Source: an uncultured virus (IMG/VR IMGVR_UViG_3300010157_000054) | Lineage: Duplodnaviria > Heunggongvirae > Uroviricota > Caudoviricetes | Length of the DNA stretch: 64,000 bases | Virus record (IMG/VR): IMGVR_UViG_3300010157_000054 | Direction: 5' to 3' (one strand) | Shown here: positions 57,496 through 64,000 of the stretch, piece after piece | Numbering within the stretch: the stretch's first letter is position 1 | Layout of the letters: each line of letters begins with the position of its first letter | The notes under the pieces: model-generated | What the model was told of the DNA's origin: nothing | What the model saw: only the letters and a program-made list of their open reading frames with translations | The model's database searches: none | Translations under genes and position numbers: made by a program

Positions 57496-58229
57496 TTTGA
57501 GGCATACTCCTGTTGCATTTTAATATTATCAAAGAATTCTTTCTTAGTACCCATGTCGTCTTTGAATGCGCCTTTGAGTACAGTAGTCTGTGTTAAGCTA
57601 CTCTTAGCCATAATGCCACGATTTTCACAACAACCGTGAGTTGCTTGAACATAGACTGCTACGTTTTCTGATTCGGTTGCTTTTTGGATTTCTCTTGCGA
57701 TGTCGTTACATAATTCTTCTTGAAGTGTGCCACGACGAGCACACCACTGAGCGATGCGAGTATATTTAGAAAGGCCAATAAGTTTGTTAGCCGCAATAAT
57801 TCCGATGTATGCCACACCTGATACAGGCTGGTGATGATGACTACACATAGAACGCAGTTCGCTACGTACAACCAACATACCTTCGTATCTATCTGCCGAA
57901 TCATTTGGAAAAGCTGTTGCATCTGGTGCTGGATCATATCGACCTCCCATAATTTCGTTGTAATACATTTTAGCTAATCGTTTAGCTGTACCTCGACTGT
58001 TAGGATCGCTTTCACGATCAATGAGCAATCGATCTAATACTACTTCAAACGCTTCAGTGGCTTCTTTAATTAAGATAGCCTTGTCTTCTTCACTAACATA
58101 CTCACTGATGTTATCGCCTGCCCAAAAGCGTTTGCCTTCTCGCTTCATTTTAAAGCGGATAGCATCTGCTAGATTAGCTTCTTCATAGCCCTTGTCGTCT
58201 ATGTTATTATAATTTACTGGGTCACTCAA
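57492..58229 (-). CDS. folE: GTP cyclohydrolase I
   Basis: TAKRLAKMY, SMCSHH, IGLSKYTRI, QEEL, HGCCENRG; TTG start with GGAG SD. Confidence 0.95.
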   Translation of the reverse strand: MSDPVNYNNIDDKGYEEANLADAIRFKMKREGKRFWAGDNISEYVSEEDKAILIKEATEAFEVVLDRLLIDRESDPNSRGTAKRLAKMYYNEIMGGRYDPAPDATAFPNDSADRYEGMLVVRSELRSMCSHHHQPVSGVAYIGIIAANKLIGLSKYTRIAQWCARRGTLQEELCNDIAREIQKATESENVAVYVQATHGCCENRGIMAKSSLTQTTVLKGAFKDDMGTKKEFFDNIKMQQEYASK

Positions 58230-58236
58230 TTTATTA

Positions 58237-58264
58237 CTCCGATGTTAAGGCAGTGGATTGCCAT
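58237..58264 (-). promoter_or_regulatory. Candidate mini-pseudoknot 5' UTR element of folE
   Basis: GGCA-AUCCAC-UGCC hairpin whose loop UCC is complementary to the GGA of the SD. Confidence 0.4.
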
Positions 58265-58270
58265 ATGTGT

Positions 58271-58299
58271 ATTATACAATCTTATTTAGGTTTATTCAA
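58271..58299 (-). promoter_or_regulatory. Sigma70-type promoter for folE
   Basis: TTGAAT-17 nt-TATAAT. Confidence 0.7.
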
Positions 58300-58497
58300 G
58301 ATATTTTCTGCTCGAAGTTTGCGACAGCCTTCTTTAACAGCTATTGGATAGTCTGGGCTTATTTCAGATATTGAGCAGTCATATACTATTGTATCACCTT
58401 TTTTTGGTAGTGATAAAAATATCATTGGTATTACTATTAGAACAGCAACAGCAATCACACCTATTTCTATAGTTTCTCGCTTAACAATATTTGACAT
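58282..58497 (-). CDS. Small membrane-anchored hypothetical protein (71 aa)
   Basis: One hydrophobic segment; YDC...EGCR Cys pair. Confidence 0.6.
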   Translation of the reverse strand: MSNIVKRETIEIGVIAVAVLIVIPMIFLSLPKKGDTIVYDCSISEISPDYPIAVKEGCRKLRAENILNKPK

Positions 58498-58721
58498 AGG
58501 TCAGCATCCCTCTTTGATTTGAAATAAAATTCCATCTTGTCTTCGCTCGGGTGACTAGTAAATTTATCTCCCGGCAATCCAAATACTTCTAGAACGTCTA
58601 TACATGCTTCATTCCACCAATATTTGTTTTGTCCCTTCCACGGAATTGCTACAATATATTGATAGCCATCGTCACGTGCTGGTATACGGCTATCCCAGTT
58701 AGCATGTTTTTTTGAGTTCAT
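58467..58721 (-). CDS. Hypothetical protein (84 aa)
   Basis: Start set at MNSKKH after AAGGA; WNEAC..VLEVFGLPG motif. Confidence 0.65.
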   Translation of the reverse strand: MNSKKHANWDSRIPARDDGYQYIVAIPWKGQNKYWWNEACIDVLEVFGLPGDKFTSHPSEDKMEFYFKSKRDADLCQILLSEKL

Positions 58722-59280
58722 CTTGAATCCTTTTAAAGACAAATCTGTTACCAACTTCTGTATAATGATTAATAGTACCCCGTTCACTGGCCCATAACGT
58801 ACTAAGATTAATATTATGTTTTTCTATTGCTAGTGAATTAACAATTTCAACATGCGACAAACTAATATATGGAACAGCAATCATATCATGAATCTGCTTA
58901 CGTAACAAATTATAAATGTCAATTTGATATTCTTCGTCGTAATGGTATTTGAAAAAATTCTTTGCTGTGTATAGATTTGTATTAAACGGTCGGAAATGCT
59001 CAATTAAATCCGTAAGTATTAGATCACAATTTTTATGTAACCCAGATTTATGTATAGGATGATTATTAGTGTGTATCCTACTGGGACTAGTATGACTTAC
59101 TATTACTAGATCAAATTGGTTTATATCAACGCTACAAACTTGTTTATAAATTTTATATTCACCAATACCTGCTTGTGCTAGATTAGTTACCTGATGTTGT
59201 TCGGCAAGTAATCCTACCCAACTTAAATTAGGTGTTGATAATTTAGTAGCAAAACTATCACCGGCAATTAAAATGTTCAT
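58699..59280 (-). CDS. SGNH/GDSL-like hydrolase fold protein
   Basis: Block I IAGDSF, NLAQAGIG, C-terminal NHY...GN. Confidence 0.6.
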   Translation of the reverse strand: MNILIAGDSFATKLSTPNLSWVGLLAEQHQVTNLAQAGIGEYKIYKQVCSVDINQFDLVIVSHTSPSRIHTNNHPIHKSGLHKNCDLILTDLIEHFRPFNTNLYTAKNFFKYHYDEEYQIDIYNLLRKQIHDMIAVPYISLSHVEIVNSLAIEKHNINLSTLWASERGTINHYTEVGNRFVFKRIQDELKKTC

Positions 59281-59329
59281 ATAGTAACATACACGTAAGG
59301 GTAGTAGTTGACTATAAACACAGTCCTAC

Positions 59330-59701
59330 TCATTTTTTGTAATTTCCTTTTTCAGGTATAACATGTCTAACACCGCCACGTGGGTCTTCCATATCTCCGT
59401 TGCGTCTTGGAATCATATGTATGTGCGGATACATCACTGTTTGACCAGCTGCCGCACCGCAGTTTTGTCCAATATTATACCCGTCCCATTGTTCATTAAT
59501 AATACCATCATACCCAAATTTATGTGCAGCTTTATAACAGGCAATAATGTTATCAAACTTTTCCTGTGTTGGTACAAACAATAAGTGCCCATCTGTAACA
59601 GCATACGCATCTCTAAAGACCCAAAAGTCTTTAGCTCTGTATTCGATTTCAGTCCATGGTGCTCGACGTTCGTCAAGTGCTTGTTCTAGATCTGTTTTCA
59701 T
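59330..59701 (-). CDS. HIT family nucleotide hydrolase
   Basis: GHLLFVP, GYNIGQNCGAAAGQTV, HIHMIPR. Confidence 0.88.
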   Translation of the reverse strand: MKTDLEQALDERRAPWTEIEYRAKDFWVFRDAYAVTDGHLLFVPTQEKFDNIIACYKAAHKFGYDGIINEQWDGYNIGQNCGAAAGQTVMYPHIHMIPRRNGDMEDPRGGVRHVIPEKGNYKK

Positions 59702-59855
59702 TTTCCAAAAATTTAATTTCGTCTTGAATATACTCACGGTACTCAGTTAGTACTCCCAACTTTCTTCCAGAGTCTCCTGTAGCCCTAAGTTTTTCTAAAT
59801 CTTGATCTATAACTTTTAGTTTTGCTTTAAGATCGTCTACGGTTAACTCGCTCAT
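59673..59855 (-). CDS. Small coiled-coil hypothetical protein (60 aa)
   Basis: ORF coupled to neighbours. Confidence 0.6.
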   Translation of the reverse strand: MSELTVDDLKAKLKVIDQDLEKLRATGDSGRKLGVLTEYREYIQDEIKFLENENRSRTST

Positions 59856-60049
59856 TTGCTAGTTCCAAATCTTAATCCGCTAGCACTGCCTAATAGAATT
59901 GCAAATGCCGCCCAAGTTTCCCAAGTATATGGGATATGTAGGATAGGAAAGAGTGTATTTAAACTCCATATACCTAACAATGGTCCAATAGCGATAGCAA
60001 ATACTATCAAAATAATACCTAAAATAAGTTTAATTAATGCTGATGTCAT
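59852..60049 (-). CDS. Small membrane protein (65 aa)
   Basis: Two hydrophobic segments; start set at MTSALIK after GGAGG. Confidence 0.65.
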   Translation of the reverse strand: MTSALIKLILGIILIVFAIAIGPLLGIWSLNTLFPILHIPYTWETWAAFAILLGSASGLRFGTSK

Positions 60050-60537
60050 AACCAATAATCCTCCCAAGGATAAACTAACCAACAATCTTCGTCTGCTTTA
60101 TTAACTTCCCATACTGAGTAGTCTACATCTTCTTTGCTAGACAGGTTGTTCGTGAGTGTAGCAAAGCGTACAGTCTTGTGCCATATATCATTGTCCCAGC
60201 GTATAGCACTGGGCAATGCTGATTCACGCCAGTCTTGTTTGATCCAGGCAATTGTGCTACCTTGGTCATTGATGTCATCTACTATAAGGATATTTTTACC
60301 TTCATACGCATCTTCTGCCATGCCGCAGTTGCTGACAGTATCGCCGCCATCACGCAAACTGATATCTAGGCTGTTCATCTTAATGCCAGTGTACTGACTC
60401 AGCAGATTAGCGGGAACAAGACCTCCGCGACCAATACCTACAATGTAATCTGGACGCCAATTATGTACTGACATTTGCCTGGAAATTTCCAAGCAGGCAC
60501 CCTCTACTTGCGACCAAGTATAGTAAATCTTTTTCAT
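60046..60537 (-). CDS. Type I phosphoribosyltransferase (xanthine/guanine PRTase-like)
   Basis: IVGIGRGGLVPA, PRPP loop ILIVDDINDQGST, C-terminal WLVYPWE. Confidence 0.88.
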   Translation of the reverse strand: MKKIYYTWSQVEGACLEISRQMSVHNWRPDYIVGIGRGGLVPANLLSQYTGIKMNSLDISLRDGGDTVSNCGMAEDAYEGKNILIVDDINDQGSTIAWIKQDWRESALPSAIRWDNDIWHKTVRFATLTNNLSSKEDVDYSVWEVNKADEDCWLVYPWEDYWL

Positions 60538-60767
60538 GCTGTTAGTGCTGTAGCCAGAGTTGCCATTTCTTCTTTAGTCATAAAGAAATTATATACCGCT
60601 GTGTCTCGAACTTCGCCATCGAGCCCTAATGTTTGCTGTTCAAAGTCGACACTGAATAATCCTTTAGGCATTAGTACTTCGTGTTTTTTCAACACCAGAC
60701 GAAATCCTTCGTGATCTTTAATAACTGTTTCCGTATAGGTATTTCTAATTGATTCATGTAGTTCCAT
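60534..60767 (-). CDS. Hypothetical protein (77 aa)
   Basis: Start set at MELHE after AGGAG. Confidence 0.6.
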   Translation of the reverse strand: MELHESIRNTYTETVIKDHEGFRLVLKKHEVLMPKGLFSVDFEQQTLGLDGEVRDTAVYNFFMTKEEMATLATALTA

Positions 60768-61116
60768 TTTCATCTCCTTTAATTGCTTCAAATGTTCTGT
60801 ATTTGCCCAATGCTGTAATGTATTCGTTATACAGTTTCTTCAGCTTCGGATGCTTACGTTCTAGTATAACATCTCTTTCAGGAATTGCCAAGACTTTTTC
60901 AATGGTGTCTAACCGTTCTTCTAAATCTCGTCCGTTGATAACCATATTACCTTTAACTTCTATAGTAGGGGGATTAGTTTGATTAATCTTCATTACTGTG
61001 TCATACGGATTAGAAGGATTAGCCCAATTAGTTGTACCAGTACCTGTGGTTGTATAAATCTGCCCAGGTTGTCCGGTAGTATGTACCGTATTGTTTCCGT
61101 ATAATACACTAGGCAT
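60754..61116 (-). CDS. Hypothetical protein (120 aa)
   Basis: Thr/Gly-rich N-terminus, then LEERLDTIEKVL...LKKLYNEY; start approximate. Confidence 0.6.
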   Translation of the reverse strand: MPSVLYGNNTVHTTGQPGQIYTTTGTGTTNWANPSNPYDTVMKINQTNPPTIEVKGNMVINGRDLEERLDTIEKVLAIPERDVILERKHPKLKKLYNEYITALGKYRTFEAIKGDENGTT

Positions 61117-61591
61117 TTTTACGGTCGTCAAGATATTTGCCATTTGGTATCCATTTATTATCAACTAAAAAACCCCATTCTCTTTTTTGAGGACCTGGCA
61201 TAAACAATGTCCAAGCAGTTACACTTTCTTTTAATTCAATACGATGATAACTGTTAGGACTACAGATGCGGAAATGCCCAGGACCTCTCCAATATTTTAT
61301 TTCGTTAATCTTTTCGCCAAGGGTATTGAACACCGGCACCCATTCATAGTACCCACCTGCTAAAATTAAGGTAGCATACGGCCATGGATGATCATGGACA
61401 TCGTCCGGATCACCTTTTAAAAACTTGTGTAGAAATATATTAAACGGAAACTTTTTTCGATCTTTAAGGAACAAGTAGTACCGTTCTAAGTATGGCTCGT
61501 TGTTCACACGATCCATAATGATAATTTTACGACCACGTTTTTCTAACCATCTAAGGCTTTGCTCTTTGATCTTTTGGAGTATCATAGTCAT
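61109..61591 (-). CDS. Cupin-fold protein
   Basis: HDHPW...GGYYE and YHRIEL metal-binding motifs; WTLF..GP..REWGF. Confidence 0.75.
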   Translation of the reverse strand: MTMILQKIKEQSLRWLEKRGRKIIIMDRVNNEPYLERYYLFLKDRKKFPFNIFLHKFLKGDPDDVHDHPWPYATLILAGGYYEWVPVFNTLGEKINEIKYWRGPGHFRICSPNSYHRIELKESVTAWTLFMPGPQKREWGFLVDNKWIPNGKYLDDRKNA

Positions 61592-61967
61592 CTTTTACAA
61601 GTTTATAAACTGTCTTAAATTTTTCAAACGCTATTGCTAGCCCGGGATACTGTTTACACATCTCCTCAACTCTAGACCAATCTGGGAATTTGTTAATCCA
61701 TTCGTCCCCGCCACTCCATATACTTGACATATCAATGCCACTAATAGTATTAATAGTAGAGCCATTAGTAAAACAAACAGACCCGGTACTAATTGTATTT
61801 GGATAACATGGAATACATGGATTAGTATAATATGCTAAACCTGAGGTAGATAATGTTATAGTGCTTAAATCAATAGTATTACTAGCATAACTATTATCAG
61901 TAAAAGTAATAGTGTCTCCACTACTTAATGTTGTTAAGTAATCCGTTTGCGCTAAAGAAGTTGTCAT
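61551..61967 (-). CDS. Hypothetical protein (138 aa)
   Basis: Ser/Thr-rich N-terminus; MCKQYPGL..AFEKFK.VYKLV C-terminus. Confidence 0.6.
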   Translation of the reverse strand: MTTSLAQTDYLTTLSSGDTITFTDNSYASNTIDLSTITLSTSGLAYYTNPCIPCYPNTISTGSVCFTNGSTINTISGIDMSSIWSGGDEWINKFPDWSRVEEMCKQYPGLAIAFEKFKTVYKLVKDDYDTPKDQRAKP

Positions 61968-63021
61968 GTAAAGCCTCCGCTTGTTTTTTAATGGACGGAA
62001 TCATTTGTTGATAATTGTCCATGTACTGTATTATGCGTCCGCACAAGTCTGGACGAAATACTTCATACGCTTCAAAACTTTCAGTCCACTTGCTTGGGTA
62101 TTTGAAAGTGTCAAAATACATCTCGGTGTAGCTAAGTCTATCCGGCACCATAGGAACGGCATCTACTACTGCCCCTTCATAGCAACTGATGCCCAGCGTT
62201 TCTTGTAAGTTAGCACTGAACACTAATTTAGCTTCACCTAATAATTTATGATATTCGTCTTTAGATAATGCTCGATCTTGGCAAACTACAAATTCATATT
62301 GTGGTAAGTGAGTAGCCAAGTCTCTAAAAATCTCAACTTGTTTCTCAGGAGCAATTCTGTGTGGGAATAGAATAAGATCACGCTTAGTCATATTTTTGTA
62401 TGGGCTTAGTGTAGCATCCATATATTCCATTGGCCAACCAGTACGCACAAACTTATCACTAAATGTACCGGCACGTAGTTCTGTCAAATCTTCTTCAAAC
62501 CACGGATTCTCTGTTGGAAAATCATTTAATAGATTTGTAAACAGTAGCTCAATATGAAATTGTGTAGCAAAGTAATTATAGTCAAACGCCGCAAAGAATG
62601 ATTTCTCAGCGTGTCTAACCCAGGGCTTGTTGCCAACAAGCCGCCCTAGGAAATCTTGAGGATCATAACTGCCAGCATGCCATAATCCATGTGTAGTCAC
62701 AGGTATCTGTAACAGTTCACTCATGTACTTTAAGTTTATGATGCCAGGATGCCAAGCATCAGCAAAGATGAAGTGATCGCCAGGAGCCACTGATCCGGAG
62801 CAAAATAAACGACCCATTTGCTCAACCTGACTAGCCTTGTATATATTGGTACCACCAAAATTAAGAAAAGCGCCTGGAGTAGTAGCCCGGGGAATATCCT
62901 CAGGGCCAGAGATAATTTGAACATTATGTCCTGCCTTTGTAAGTAACTCCGGTACATGAGTTTTCCATTGACCTGTGTACCGGGTATCTACTGCTTCTAG
63001 ATCAACGAGAAAAACAGTCAT
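61921..63021 (-). CDS. GT-B fold (GT4-like) glycosyltransferase
   Basis: FPHRIAPEKQ and QETLGISCYEG (E-x7-E) motifs; HAGSYDP. Confidence 0.8.
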   Translation of the reverse strand: MTVFLVDLEAVDTRYTGQWKTHVPELLTKAGHNVQIISGPEDIPRATTPGAFLNFGGTNIYKASQVEQMGRLFCSGSVAPGDHFIFADAWHPGIINLKYMSELLQIPVTTHGLWHAGSYDPQDFLGRLVGNKPWVRHAEKSFFAAFDYNYFATQFHIELLFTNLLNDFPTENPWFEEDLTELRAGTFSDKFVRTGWPMEYMDATLSPYKNMTKRDLILFPHRIAPEKQVEIFRDLATHLPQYEFVVCQDRALSKDEYHKLLGEAKLVFSANLQETLGISCYEGAVVDAVPMVPDRLSYTEMYFDTFKYPSKWTESFEAYEVFRPDLCGRIIQYMDNYQQMIPSIKKQAEALHDNFFSANGLLNNIK

Positions 63022-63278
63022 TAACTTTCTTGTCTGTTGTACGCTGGACGCGGATTTTTGCCTAGATACGGCTTACGCTCACCATTCCAAGACTTGCGTG
63101 GGCGTGTGCTACGCTCATACGATTGCCAAACTTTTGCCCCTCTATTATACAGATCTGCTTCGTTAAACGGCAACATCTCAATACGACAAAAATCTAACAG
63201 CTTTTCAAGATCATCAAAGATCCGAACAACGTCAGGACGGTTTTCAAAGTATGCGTAGTCTTTGTAATTCTTAGCCAT
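63021..63278 (-). CDS. Hypothetical protein (85 aa)
   Basis: GAGG SD; IFDDLE..LDFCR...FNEADLY motif. Confidence 0.7.
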   Translation of the reverse strand: MAKNYKDYAYFENRPDVVRIFDDLEKLLDFCRIEMLPFNEADLYNRGAKVWQSYERSTRPRKSWNGERKPYLGKNPRPAYNRQES

Positions 63279-63292
63279 AATAGCCTCTTATT

Positions 63293-63688
63293 TTAATATT
63301 TAATGAACGAACCATTTTCTCCGTCTTCGGAGACCTCAATCCAAACCTCACGGTCTGGATACTTTTGTGAAATAGTGTCGTACAATTCGTCCGACATCAT
63401 TTCGCAACTCTTATGATCTAGCGACAAAACACCTTGTGCGCTAGAATACAGTTGTTCAAGCCATCGCTTGAACTGTATGAATTCCACATCTCTATCATTG
63501 TGGGTGACACTAAGCCATACCCTAAAATGGAAAATATGACGATGAGGATTAGCAAGAAACGATACATCATATTGATCTCCTGTTGCTAGGTTAGGGTCTG
63601 TAGCGGCCGCAGGATAGCAATGAATGCCTTCCTTTTGAAATGTGACCCAAATCATTTTAAGCGGGCGAATGTCTTGTTTAATAATCAT
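63293..63688 (-). CDS. queD: QueD-like (6-carboxytetrahydropterin synthase-like) T-fold protein
   Basis: EGIH, HRH metal ligands, SCE, C-terminal VSEDGENG match the PTPS/QueD pattern; folE and queE in the same cluster. Confidence 0.6.
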   Translation of the reverse strand: MIIKQDIRPLKMIWVTFQKEGIHCYPAAATDPNLATGDQYDVSFLANPHRHIFHFRVWLSVTHNDRDVEFIQFKRWLEQLYSSAQGVLSLDHKSCEMMSDELYDTISQKYPDREVWIEVSEDGENGSFIKY

Positions 63689-64000
63689 TTTATAATTTGG
63701 TCGTTAGTGTAGTCAGTCCACGGAGTGAACTTACTACGGTCTTTAAGAGTGTGTAGACTATGTGACCACACACCAGGATTAGTAGCATTAAAATCTTTAT
63801 CGTCAATTTTAATCATCGTATTATAATTCCATAATTTAATGTAGGGAATTGGAACTCTTATCTGCGGAATAAAATTATTATGATCATTTAATCCGCCATC
63901 ATTGAATTCTTCTACTTGATTTAAGGGAATATCTAAACTACACCAGTAGCCTTGCTCGAGAAAATATGTAATCATATCTTCCCATAGTTTATGTTCATCA
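63685..64000 (-). CDS. Hypothetical protein, 3' part (starts beyond the window)
   Basis: Frame is open to the window edge; KIDDKDF.ATNPGVW motif. Confidence 0.65.
   Translation of the reverse strand, partial: DEHKLWEDMITYFLEQGYWCSLDIPLNQVEEFNDGGLNDHNNFIPQIRVPIPYIKLWNYNTMIKIDDKDFNATNPGVWSHSLHTLKDRSKFTPWTDYTNDQIIK

Noticed and set aside
59281..59329. Weak hairpin between the HIT and SGNH-like genes
   Set aside because: Short imperfect stem with no U-tract; not distinguishable from chance.
1..64000. Stop-codon reassignment or a prophage/host boundary
   Set aside because: Genes are full length in the standard code, including a 14-kb ORF, and no integrase, att site or cellular housekeeping block is visible.

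Overview
This window is 64 kb of an AT-rich, large contractile-tailed (T4-superfamily-like) bacteriophage genome in the standard genetic code; host and exact taxonomy cannot be read from the sequence. Left (1-9.5 kb): a partial GIY-YIG gene, a tape-measure-like gene, a gp26-like hub gene with a probable -1 frameshift extension, an approx. 480-nt highly structured non-coding segment directly behind a small GIY-YIG nuclease, gp46/gp47 and a gp55-like late sigma factor. Middle (9.5-48.1 kb, + strand): a late baseplate/tail module (gp53-, hub-, gp5-, gp25-, gp6-like genes, a 4707-aa wedge protein, a gp9/10-like protein, a sedolisin S53 protease, three paralogous fibres) ending in four glycosyltransferase-like genes. 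Right (48.1-64 kb, - strand): thyX, a 2OG-Fe(II) oxygenase, a MoxR/VWA pair, an RNase H-like exonuclease and a 7-deazaguanine-type cluster (folE, queE, queD-like) mixed with PRTase, HIT, cupin and GT-B genes. Best candidates for new biology: the nuclease-linked large structured RNA, a tiny pseudoknot 5' UTR on folE, the deazaguanine/PRTase/glycosyltransferase cluster and the gp26 frameshift. All calls come from motif recognition by eye; no searches or folding programs were run.
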